Under the pieces are notes generated by a model. The model ran no database searches. It worked only from the letters and a program-made list of their open reading frames with translations, and had not been told where the DNA came from. A stretch of 64,000 nt of DNA from Eledone cirrhosa (Eukaryota), in assembly GCA_964016885.1 (NCBI GenBank), contig OZ024744.1, positions 7,254,001-7,318,000 of the forward strand. The letters run 5' to 3'. A program made the position numbers and the translations under genes. Below, one piece after another: positions 34,490 to 47,165 of the stretch (position 1 is the stretch's first letter; each line of letters opens with the position of its first letter).

Positions 34490-37400
34490 CAGGTGTATAT
34501 ATAATTGTTTGATGTCACATGTATATATAATTGTTTGATGTCAGGTGTATATATAATTGTTTGATGTCACATGTATATATAATTGTCTGATGCCAGGTGT
34601 ATATATAATTGTTTGATGCCAGGTGTATATATAATTGTTTGATGTCACATGTATATATAATTGTTTGATGCCAGCTGTATATATAATTGTTTGATGCCAC
34701 ATGTATATATAATTGTTTGATATCACGTGTATATATAATGTGTTGATGTCACATGTATATATAATTGTTTGATGTTACATGTATGTACAATTGTTTGATG
34801 TCAGATGTATATATAATTGTATGATGTCAGGTGTATATATAATTGTTTGATGTCACATGTATATATTATTGGTTGATGTCAGGTGTATATATAATTGTTT
34901 GATGTCACATGTATATATAATTGTCTGATGCCAGGTGTATATATAATTGTTTGATGCCAGGTGTATATATAATTGTTTGATGTCACATGTATATATAATT
35001 GTTTGATGCCAGCTGTATATATAATTGTTTGATGCCACATGTATATATAATTGTTTGATGTCACGTGTATATATAATGTGTTGATGTCACATGTATATAT
35101 AATTGTTTGATGTTACATGTATGTACAATTGTTTGATGTCAGATATATATATTATTGTATGATGTCAGGTGTATATATAATTGTTTGATGTCACATGTAT
35201 ATACAATTGTTTGATGTCAGGTATATATATAATTGTTTGAGGTCAGGTATATATATAATTGTTTGATGTCACATGTATATATAATTGTTTGATGTCACAT
35301 GTATATATAATTGTTTGATGTCAGATTTATATATAATTGTTTGATGTCAGGTGTATATATAATTGTTTGATGTCACATGTATATATAATTGTTTGATGTC
35401 AGGTATATATATTATTGTTTGATGTCAGGTATATATATAATTGTTTGATGTCATGTGTATATATAATTGTTTGATGTCACATGTATATATAATTGTTTGA
35501 TGTCAGGTGTATATATAATTGTTTGATGTCAGGTGTATATATAATTTTTTGATGTCAGATGCATATATAATTGTTTGATGTCACATGTATATATAATTGT
35601 TTGATGTCAGGTGTATATATAATTGTTTGATGTCAGGTGTATATATAATTGTTTGATGTCAGATGTATAATTAATTGTTTGATGTCAGGTGTATATATAA
35701 TTGTTTGATGACACATGTATATATAATTGTATGATGTCACATGTTTATATAATTGTTTGATGTCAGGTGTATATATAATTGTTTGATGTCACATGTATAT
35801 ATAATTGTCTGATGCCAGGTGTACATATAATTGTTTGATATCAGGTGTATACATAATTGTTTTATGACATGTGTATATATAATTCTTTGATGTCACATGT
35901 ATATATAATTGTTTGATGTCAGGTGTATATATAATTGTATGATGTCTGGTGTATATATAATTGTTTGAGGACAGGTGTATATATAATTGTTTGATGTCAG
36001 GTGTATATATAATTGTTTGATGTCACATGTATATATAATTGTTTGATGTCAGGTGTATATATAATTGTTTGTTGTCACATGTATATATAATTGTTTGATT
36101 CCAGGTGTATATAAAATTGTTTGATGCCAGGTGTATATATACTTGTTTGATGTCACATGTATATATAATTGTTTGATGTCAGGTGTATAGATAATTGTTT
36201 GATGTCAGGTGTAATATAATTGTTTGATATCAGGTGTATATATAATTGTTTGATGTCAGTTGTATATATAATTGTTTGATGTCACATGTATATATAATTG
36301 TTTGATGTCAGGTGTATATATAATTGTTTGATGTCATATGTATATATAATTGTTTGATGCCAGGTGTATATATAATTGTTTGATGCCAGGTGTATATATA
36401 ATAGTTTGATGTCACATGTATATATAATTGTTTGATGCCAGGTGTATATATAATTGTTTGATGCCACATGTATATATAATTGTTTGATGTCAGGTGTATA
36501 TATACTTGTTTGATGTCACATGTATATATAATTGTTTGATGTCAGGTGTATATATAATTGTATGATGTCAGGTGTATATATAATTGTATGATGTCAGGTG
36601 TATATATAATTGTTTGATGTCATGTGTATATATAATTGATTGATGTCAGGTGTATATATAATTGTTCGATCTCAGGTGTATATATAATTGTTTGATGTCA
36701 CATGTATATATAATTGTATGATGTCAGGTGTATATATAATTGTTTGATGTCAGGTGTATATATATTTGTTTGATGTCAGATGTATATATAATTGTTTGAT
36801 GTCACATGTATATATAATTGTTTGATGTCAGGTGTATATATAATTGATTGATGTCAGGTGTATATATAACTGTTCGATCTCAGGTGTATATATAATTGTT
36901 TGATGTCACATGTATATATAATTGTTTGATGTCAGGTGTATATATAATTGTTTGATGTCAGGTGTATATATAATTGTTTGATGACAGGTGTATATATAAT
37001 TGTTTGATGCCACATGTATATATAATTGTATGATGTCTCATGTATATATAATTGTTTGATGTCAGGTGTATATATAATTGTTTGATGTCACATGTATATA
37101 TAATTGTTTGATGCCAGGTGTATATATAATTGTTTGATGCCAGGTGTATATATAATTGTTTGATGTCACATGTATATATAATTGTTTGATGCCAGCTGTA
37201 TATATAATTGTTTGATGCCACATGTATATATAATTGTTTGATGTCACGTGTATATATAATGTGTTGATGTCACATGTATATATAATTGTTTGATGTTACA
37301 TGTATGTATAATTGTTTGATGTCAGGTGTATATATAATTGTATGATGTCAGGTGTATATATAATTGTTTGATGTCACATGTATATATAATTGGTTGATGT

Positions 37401-40400
37401 CACATGTATATATAATTGTTTGATGTCAGGTATATATATAATTGTTTGAGGTCAAGTATATATATAATTGTTTGATGTCACATGTATATATAATTGTTTG
37501 ATGTCACATGTATATATAATTGTTTGATGTCAGATCTATATATAATTGTTTGATGTCAGGTGTATATATAATTGTTTGATGTCAGGTGTATATATAATTG
37601 TTTGATGTCACATGTATATATAATTGTTTGATGTCAGGTGTATATATAATTGTTTGATGTCAGGTGTATATATAATTGTTTGATGTCAGATGTATATATA
37701 ATTGTTTGATGTCAGGTGTATATATAATTGTTTGATGACACATGTATATATAATTGTATGATGTCACATGTTTATATAATTGTTTGATGTCAGGTGTATA
37801 TATAATTGTTTGATGTCAGGTGTATATATAATTGTTTGATGTCACATGTATATATAATTGTCTGATGTCAGGTGTATATATAATTGTTTGATGTCACATG
37901 TATATATAATTGTCTGATGCCAGGTGTACATATAATTGTTTGATATCAGGTGTATACATAACTGTTTTATGACAGGTGTATATATAATTGTTTGATGTCA
38001 CATGTATATATAATTGTTTGATGTCAGGTGTATATATAATTGTTTGATGTCACATGTATATATAATTGTCTGATGCCAGGTGTATATATAATTGTTTGAT
38101 GCCAGGTGTATATATAATTGTTTGATGTCACATGTATATATAATTGTTTGATGCCAGCTGTATATATAATTGTTTGATGCCACATGTATATATAATTGTT
38201 TGATGTCACGTGTATATATAATGTGTTGATGTCACATGTATATATAATTGTTTGATGTTACATGTATGTACAATTGTTTGATGTCAGATGTATATATAAT
38301 TGTATGATGTCAGGTGTATATATAATTGTTTGATGTCACATGTATATATTATTGGTTGATGTCAGGTGTATATATAATTGTTTGATGTCACATGTATATA
38401 TAATTGTCTGATGCCAGGTGTATATATAATTGTTTGATGCCAGGTGTATATATAATTGTTTGATGTCACATGTATATATAATTGTTTGATGCCAGCTGTA
38501 TATATAATTGTTTGATGCCACATGTATATATAATTGTTTGATGTCACGTGTATATATAATGTGTTGATGTCACATGTATATATAATTGTTTGATGTTACA
38601 TATATGTACAATTGTTTGATGTCAGATATATATATAATTGTATGATGTCAGGTGTATATATAATTGTTTGATGTCACATGTATATACAATTGTTTGATGT
38701 CAGGTATATATATAATTGTTTGAGGTCAGGTATATATATAATTGTTTGATGTCACATGTATATATAATTGTTTGATGTCACATGTATATATAATTGTTTG
38801 ATGTTAGATTTATATATAATTGTTTGATGTCAGGTGTATATATAATTGTTTGATGTCACATGTATATATAATTGTTTGATGTCAGGTATATATATTATTG
38901 TTTTATGTCAGGTATATATATAATTGTTTGATGTCATGTGTATATATAATTGTTTGATGTCACATGTATATATAATTGTTTGATGTCAGGTGTATATATA
39001 ATTGTTTGATGTCAGGTGTATATATAATTTTTTGATGTCAGATGCATATATAATTGTTTGATGTCACATGTATATATAATTGTTTGATGTCAGGTGTATA
39101 TATAATTGTTTGATGTCAGGTGTATATATAATTGTTTGATGTCAGATGTATAATTAATTGTTTGATGTCAGGTGTATATATAATTGTTTGATGACACATG
39201 TATATATAATTGTATGATGTCACATGTTTATATAATTGTTTGATGTCAGGTGTATATATAATTGTTTGATGTCACATGTATATATAATTGTCTGATGCCA
39301 GGTGTACATATAATTGTTTGATATCAGGTGTATACATAATTGTTTTATGACATGTGTATATATAATTCTTTGATGTCACATGTATATATAATTGTTTGAT
39401 GTCAGGTGTATATATAATTGTATGATGTCTGGTGTATATATAATTGTTTGAGGACAGGTGTATATATAATTGTTTGATGTCAGGTGTATATATAATTGTT
39501 TGATGTCACATGTATATATAATTGTTTGATGTCAGGTGTATATATAATTGTTTGTTGTCACATGTATATATAATTGTTTGATTCCAGGTGTATATAAAAT
39601 TGTTTGATGCCAGGTGTATATATACTTGTTTGATGTCACATGTATATATAATTGTTTGATGTCAGGTGTATAGATAATTGTTTGATGTCAGGTGTAATAT
39701 AATTGTTTGATATCAGGTGTATATATAATTGTTTGATGTCAGTTGTATATATAATTGTTTGATGTCACATGTATATATAATTGTTTGATGTCAGGTGTAT
39801 ATATAATTGTTTGATGTCATATGTATATATAATTGTTTGATGCCAGGTGTATATATAATTGTTTGATGCCAGGTGTATATATAATAGTTTGATGTCACAT
39901 GTATATATAATTGTTTGATGCCAGGTGTATATATAATTGTTTGATGCCACATGTATATATAATTGTTTGATGTCAGGTGTATATATACTTGTTTGATGTC
40001 ACATGTATATATAATTGTTTGATATCAGGTGTATATATAATTGTATGATGTCAGGTGTATATATAATTGTATGATGTCAGGTGTATATATAATTGTTTGA
40101 TGTCAGGTGTATATATAATTGATTGATGTCAGGTGTATATATAATTGTTCGATCTCAGGTGTATATATAATTGTTTGATGTCACATGTATATATAATTGT
40201 ATGATGTCAGGTGTATATATAATTGTTTGATGTCAGGTGTATATATATTTGTTTGATGTCAGATGTATATATAATTGTTTGATGTCACATGTATATATAA
40301 TTGTTTGATGTCAGGTGTATATATAATTGATTGATGTCAGGTGTATATATAACTGTTCGATCTCAGGTGTATATATAATTGTTTGATGTCACATGTATAT

Positions 40401-41490
40401 ATAATTGTTTGATGTCAGGTGTATATATAATTGTTTGATGTCAGGTGTATATATAATTGTTTGATGACAGGTGTATATATAATTGTTTGATGCCACATGT
40501 ATATATAATTGTATGATGTCTCATGTATATATAATTGTTTGATGTCAGGTGTATATATAATTGTTTGATGTCACATGTATATATAATTGTTTGATGCCAG
40601 GTGTATATATAATTGTTTGATGCCAGGTGTATATATAATTGTTTGATGTCACATGTATATATAATTGTTTGATGCCAGCTGTATATATAATTGTTTGATG
40701 CCACATGTATATATAATTGTTTGATGTCACGTGTATATATAATGTGTTGATGACACATGTATATATAATTGTTTGATGTTACATGTATGTATAATTGTTT
40801 GATGTCAGGTGTATATATAATTGTATGATGTCAGGTTGTATATATAATTGTTTGATGTCACATGTATATATAATTGGTTGATGTCACATGTATATATAAT
40901 TGTTTGATGTCAGGTATATATATAATTGTTTGAGGTCAGGTATATATATAATTGTTTGATGTCACATGTATATATAATTGTTTGATGTCACATGTATATA
41001 TAATTGTTTGATGTCAGATCTATATATAATTGTTTGATGTCAGGTGTATATATAATTGTTTGATGTCAGGTGTATATATAATTGTTTGATGTCACATGTA
41101 TATATAATTGTTTGATGTCAGGTGTATATATAATTGTTTGATGTCAGGTGTATATATAATTGTTTGATGTCAGATGTATATATAATTGTTTGATGTCAGG
41201 TGTATATATAATTGTTTGATGACACATGTATATATAATTGTATGATGTCACATGTTTATATAATTGTTTGATGTCAGGTGTATATATAATTGTTTGATGT
41301 CAGGTGTATATATAATTGTTTGATGTCACATGTATATATAATTGTCTGATGTCAGGTGTATATATAATTGTTTGATGTCACATGTATATATAATTGTCTG
41401 ATGCCAGGTGTACATATAATTGTTTGATATCAGGTGTATACATAACTGTTTTATGACAGGTGTATATATAATTGTTTGATGTCACATGTA
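34490..41490. repeat. 3,483-bp higher-order repeat (134 monomers), two tandem copies, each containing a 338-bp (13-monomer) local duplication
   Basis: Markers recur at +3,483 (34515/37998, 34853/38336, 36282/39765, 36958/40441). 34515/34853 and 37998/38336 differ by 338 = 13x26. Confidence 0.9.
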
Positions 41491-44420
41491 TATATAATGG
41501 TTTTATGCCAGGTGTATATTTAATTCTCTGATGTCACATGTATATATAATTGTTTGATGTCAGGTGTATATATAATTGTATGATGTCTGGTGTATATATA
41601 ATTGTTTGAGGACAGGCGTATATATAATTGTTTGATGTCACATGTATATATAATTGTTTGATGTCAGGTGTATATATAATTGTTTGTTGTCACGTGTATA
41701 TATAATTGTTTGATGTCACATGTATATATAATTGTTTGATATCAGATGTATATATAATTGTTTGATGTCACATGTATATATAATTGTTTGATGTCAGGTG
41801 TATATATAATTGTTTGATGTCACATGTATATATAATTGTTTGATGTCACATGTATATATAATTGTTTGATGTCAGGTGTATATATAATTGTTTGATGTCA
41901 GGTGTATATATAATTGATTGATGTCAGGTGTAATATAATTGTTTGATATCAGGTGTATATATAATTGTTTGATGTCAGATGTATATATAATTGTTTGATG
42001 TCACATGTATATATAATTGTATGATGTCTCATGTATATATAATTGTTTGATGTCAGGTGTATATATAATTGTTTGATGTCACATGTATATATAATTGTTT
42101 GATTCCAGGTGTATATATAATTGTTTGATGCCAGCTGTATATATACTTGTTTGATGTCACATGTATATATAATTGTTTGATGTCAGGTGTAATATAATTG
42201 TTTGATATCAGATGTATATATAATTGTTTGATGTCAGATGTATATATAATTGTTTGATGTCACATGTATATATAATTGTATGATGTCAGGTGTATATATA
42301 ATTGTTTGATGTCACATGTATATATAATTGTTTGATGTCAGGTGTATATATAATTGTTTGATGTCACATGTATATATAATTGTTTGATGCCAGGTGTATA
42401 TATAATTGTTTGATGCCAGGTGTATATATAATAGTTTGATGTCACATGTATATATAATTGTTTGATGCCAGGTGTATATATAATTGTTTGATGCCACATG
42501 TATATATAATTGTTTGATGTCAGGTGTATATATACTTCTTTGATGTCACATGTATATATAATTGTTTGATGTCAGGTGTATATATAATTGTATGATGTCA
42601 GGTGTATATATAATTGTATGATGTCAGGTGTATATATAATTGATTGATGTCAGGTGTATATATAATTGTTCGATCTCAGGTGTATATATAATTGTTTGAT
42701 GTCACATGTATATATAATTGTATGATGTCAGGTGTATATATAATTGTTTGATGTCAAGTGTATATATAATTGTTTGATATCAGGTGTATATATAATTATT
42801 TGATGTCAGGTGTATATATAATTTTTTGATGTCTCATGTATATATAATTGTTTGATGTCAGGTGTATATATAATTGTTTGATGTCAGGTTTATATATAAT
42901 TGTTTGATGTCAGGTGTATATATAATTGTTTGATGTCAGGTGTATATATAATTGTTTGATGACAGGTGTATATATAATTGCTTGATGTCACATGTATATA
43001 TAATTGTTTGATGTCAGGTGTAATATAATTGTTTGATGTCACATGTATATATAATTGTTTGATGTCAGGTGTATATATAATTGTTTGATGTCACATGTAT
43101 ATATAATTGTTTGATGCCAGGTGTATATATAATTGTTTGATGCCACATGTATATATAATTTTTTGATGTCAGGTGTATATATAATTGTATGATGTCAGGT
43201 GTATATATAATTGTTTGATGTCACGTGTATATATAATGTGTTGATGTCACATGTATATATAATTGTTTGATGTCAGGTATATATATAATTGTTTGATGTC
43301 AGGTATATATATAATTGTTTGATGTCAGGTATATATATAATTGTTTGATGTCAGGTATATTTATAATTGTTTGATGTCAGGTATATATATAATTGTTTGA
43401 TGTCAGGTGTATATATAATTGTTTGATGTCACATGTATATATAATTGTTTGATGTCAGGTGTATATATAACTGTTTGATGTCAGGTATATATATAATTGT
43501 TTGATGTCAGGTGTATATATAATTGTTTGATGTCAGGTATATATATAATTGTTTGATGTCACGTCAGACCTGATGAAGAAGATTCCTCGTTATAAAAATT
43601 CCATCTGTGTGCATTTTGTATTTTTCACCAAGAGAGAACGTATTGATGACTTCATACTTTAATTGACTACATACTTTATTACTTTAATTTATTAAAATTT
43701 GACTCATATTTATTTATTTATTTAACTATTTATTTATTTGTTTGTTCTTTAAGAGAAGCAATAGGTGATTAGCGGTACGGGTGATTCAGTAGCCATTTTC
43801 AAACAGATCCACTTACTGAGTAGATTTCCCCTCGTTAGCTCGTTCTTATTTTGATTCAGATTTTTTTTCTTCTCCTGCTTATTACTGCTAGCACTGATGG
43901 CACCATATTTACAGGTAGAGCTCTACAGCTGGTTTAGTTTAAAAATATAACATAATCAAAACACATACTCGATACTCTGGCTTTCCCATCAAAAACAAAT
44001 TGTAAGAGGAAACGAATAAGAAGAAAAAATAAACGAAAACAAAAATGAAAACAAAAAATGAGGATGGTTGTTGAAGAAGCGTAAGAAAATAAACTAAACG
44101 AGTGGAAAAACGAGATGTTTTCAGCAGATATGACAAATTGGGAATAGTAAATGTAGTTCGAAATGGTTCAACCTAAAAAAGAAAGAAAATATACGGACTC
44201 CTTTAAGAAGTAAAAACAAACTTTACCAATATTCGTGGTTGTTTAAAAAGATCGACGCAGTAAGGATATCAAATTACAATGGGTTGTGGTGGTGGTGCTG
44301 GGGGGGGGGGGGTCTAGTTAAATAAGATGAGTTTTATCATGCTGGTGCTGATTATTGTTATTGTTGTTTTTATTGTTATCATTATTATTATTATTGTTAT
44401 TTTTATTTTCTTTCATTATT

Positions 44421-46946
44421 GTTTCTGAGATATATGCCGAGTGTCTTCCTGACACCTAGGGCAAATAAATTCACAGTGTACATTGGTAAGGCAGTTAATA
44501 CAGCACATTGATTACAATTTTTAAAAAAACAGTATACATATATACACATGTGCATATGTAAATACAAGGAGTGATATCAATCTTACAGAGATAGTGCTCT
44601 TCTCAATACGTGCAGAGAGGGTAAACCAGGAATCATTCGCAAATATTGTTCTGTTCCTTTCTTGATCATTACCAGTCTTCCCACAATCACTCGTATTGTA
44701 ACAGCCTTGAGGTGCCACATTTTCTCCATTTCAATAAGCAGATTTTTATATTTCCGTAGCTTGTCAAATTCTCTTGCCGCGATATTGTGATCACATGGGA
44801 TGCTCATATCTATCAACAAACATACCTTGTTATGTTGATCTTTTATAATGATGTCAGGTCTATTTGCTTTTATGGTCCTGTCAGTATGTACAGGAAAGTC
44901 CCAGAGAATTGTTACTTTTTCTCCTTCAGTTACAGCCTCAGGGTGATGGTTGTACCACTTGTCTTCAGCTTTAATTTTGTAATGCCGACATATTACCCAG
45001 TATGGATATTGGCCAACTCTGTCATGTCTATATTTGTATTCTACTGGTGCTAAAACTTTACATCCAGAGACTAAGTGGTCCACTGTTTCAACCCCAGCAT
45101 TGCAGAATCGGCACTTTGGGTTTATTCCGTTTCTCATCACATTGGCCTGGTAATTACGAGTCAATAAGCTTTGATCTTGGGCAGCTAAGATGAAGCCTTC
45201 ACTCTCCGCGTTTAGCTCTGAACTACGTAGCCACTGATGGGTGTGCTTTTGGTCAACATCAGCTTGTTTGCTACGGGCCACATATTTGCCATGCAGAGGT
45301 TTCTGCTCCCAATTTGATGCTAATTGTCCTTGCCCTTTTGTTTTGCCAGTGATTTTATTTGCCTAGCAACATCAGTTGCATCAGTTTCTTTAGCTTGTCC
45401 AGCCTGGGTATCAAGCATGAGATCAGTAACATATGTTTTGCTCTCCTTCAAGATAGAATGAAGCTTCTTACTTCTCTCATGCCTTTCAACAAGCTTCAGC
45501 ATACAGTTGTTAGTTGTTTCAAGGTATTTGGCCAGTTCAATGATGGTGGTCTTGTAAGCAAGTTCAAATTGGATCAGGCTACGGCCTCCTTGAGTTCTAG
45601 GAAGGTAAAGACGATCTACATCTGCTTTTGGGTGGTGCATTCTATTACAGGTCAGTAGCTTATGGACTTTGGTGTCGATTCTTTTGATTCCACTCATATT
45701 CCAATTCAACACACCGAAGCTATAAGTGACAACTGGGACTGCCAAGGAGTTTATGGCTAGCACCTTGTTACGAGTGTTTAGTTCTGATCTCAGAACTGCA
45801 CGTACTCTCCTGTAACATTCTTTCCTTATCCTCTATTTCATACTTGCATGATGTATGCCAGAGCCCTCTTAATCCCTAAGCATTTATAGGTTTGTACCTG
45901 CTCAAGTTCCTTTATGATTGTTTCAACATCCAATTCAACTGAGTCTGAGTTGACAAGCTTCCCCTTCTTGAAAGTGGCTTTTGCACACTTGTCAAGTCCA
46001 AACTCCATCCTGATGTCATCGCTAAACGTTTTTGCTGTCCTCAAAAGGCCTTCCAGTTTCTCATTATCTTTGCAATATAGCTTCAAATCATCCATATAAA
46101 ATAGGTGGCTTATTTTTTTATTGTCAATTCTATAACCGTACCCTGTTCTATTAAGTTCGGATGTAAGGGGTATTAAAGCTATGCAGAAAAGCTAGGGTGA
46201 AAGTGAGTCACCCTGGAATATATCACAGTTGATGTTTATATTCCTAGAGCATACGCCAGTGGAATGAGACAATTGGAGATTTGTGTTCCATAATGACATA
46301 TTGTATTTCAGGAAGTTTGAGATCACAGGTGAGATTTTGAAGATGTCCAGTGACTCAGAATCCATGAGTGTGGTATGCTGTCAAAGGCTTTTTTTATAAT
46401 CGATCCATGTAGAACTGAGATTTCTGTGTTTATTATGACAGTTCTCAAGGATCATACGATTAATCAAAAGTTGATCTTTGCAACCATATGAAGCTCGTCG
46501 ACACCATTTTTGTTCAATGGGGAAAAGATTGTTCTCCTCCAAAAACACGTATGCTTTTTCCATGAGAATAAAGGTCAATAGTTTATAAGTGTTGGACAAG
46601 CAGGTTATGGGCCGATAGATTTTTGGATCTTTGGTTTCGTTGTTCTTTGGTAGAAGGTAGGTAATGCCACTTGTTATCCAATCAGGTGTATTTTTTGGAT
46701 CTTTCATAATACCATTAAACAGCTTGACCAATATATTGTCAGTGCACGGAAGTGAGGAAAGCCAGAAATTTAGCACCCTGTCTCTACCAGAGTTCCATTC
46801 ATGAGATTTATTGAGTGCTGTCCTTAAGTCCGCTATAGAGATGTCTTCCCACGCCTGTTTTTCTAAATTTGAGTAGGATTTTTCCAGGCGATTAATCCAA
46901 TCTACATTAGTATTATATGTCTTCTCATCACTCCAAATCTTACTCT
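44421..46946 (-). mobile_element. R4/Dong-clade non-LTR retrotransposon, family A; 5'-truncated, frameshifted
   Basis: ORF pieces 46381-46776 (YRPITCL, GCKDQLLIN, WIDYKK), 45838-46095 (MDDLKLY, FGLDKCA), 45320-45763 (MHHPKADVDRLYLPR) and 44583-45281 (CRFC..ETVDHLVSGC finger, RHD, NRPDII..LIDMSIP, KY endonuclease motifs). Flanked by ATT tracts at ~44351-44420 and 46947-46973. Confidence 0.93.
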
Positions 46947-46972
46947 TATTATTATTATTATTATTATTATTA

Positions 46973-47165
46973 TGGCAGTATCGGTAGAGGGTCGGACGCC
47001 ATGCTTTCCAGCATAGTTACGTCCCTTTACGATCTGAGTTCAAATACCGCCGAGGTTGACTTTGCCTTTCATCCTTACGGGGTCGATAAAATAAAGTACC
47101 AGTAATGCACTGGGTAATTGCTGGCCTTGTGCCTAGAGTAGAAACAATTATTATTATTGTTATTA
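46973..47165 (+). mobile_element. tRNA-derived SINE with Nin/Deu-like central domain and (ATT)n tail
   Basis: A-box-like TGGCAGTATCGG, B-box GAGTTCAAATACC, core GACTTTGCCTTTCATCCTTACGGGGTCGATAAAATAAAGTACCAG, ending GAAAC-AATTATTATTATT. The family is recognised from memory, not from a database search. Confidence 0.82.

Larger units (their letters stand above)
1..43563. repeat. 26-bp tandem satellite DNA, about 1,675 monomers; continues beyond the left edge
   Basis: Uninterrupted head-to-tail copies of GTATATATAATTGTTTGATGTCAGGT and GTATATATAATTGTTTGATGTCACAT with point variants and rare 25/27/28-bp monomers. Ends at ...GTTTGATGTCAC|GTCAGACC near 43,562. Copy number is 43,563/26. Confidence 0.99.

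Noticed and set aside
749-42497. Dozens of 61-105 aa minus-strand ORFs (SNNYIY/HQTIIYT/IKQLYIH repeats)
   Set aside because: They are translations of the 26-bp monomer cycling through three frames, open only where a TGA is mutated. They are useful as position markers only.
1-43563. CRISPR-like array or information-encoding cassette
   Set aside because: There are no unique spacers and no cas genes. The variants are point changes copied in blocks, as expected for satellite DNA.
43568-43600. CTGATGA as a hammerhead core at the satellite junction
   Set aside because: No stem II-GAAA-stem III follows.
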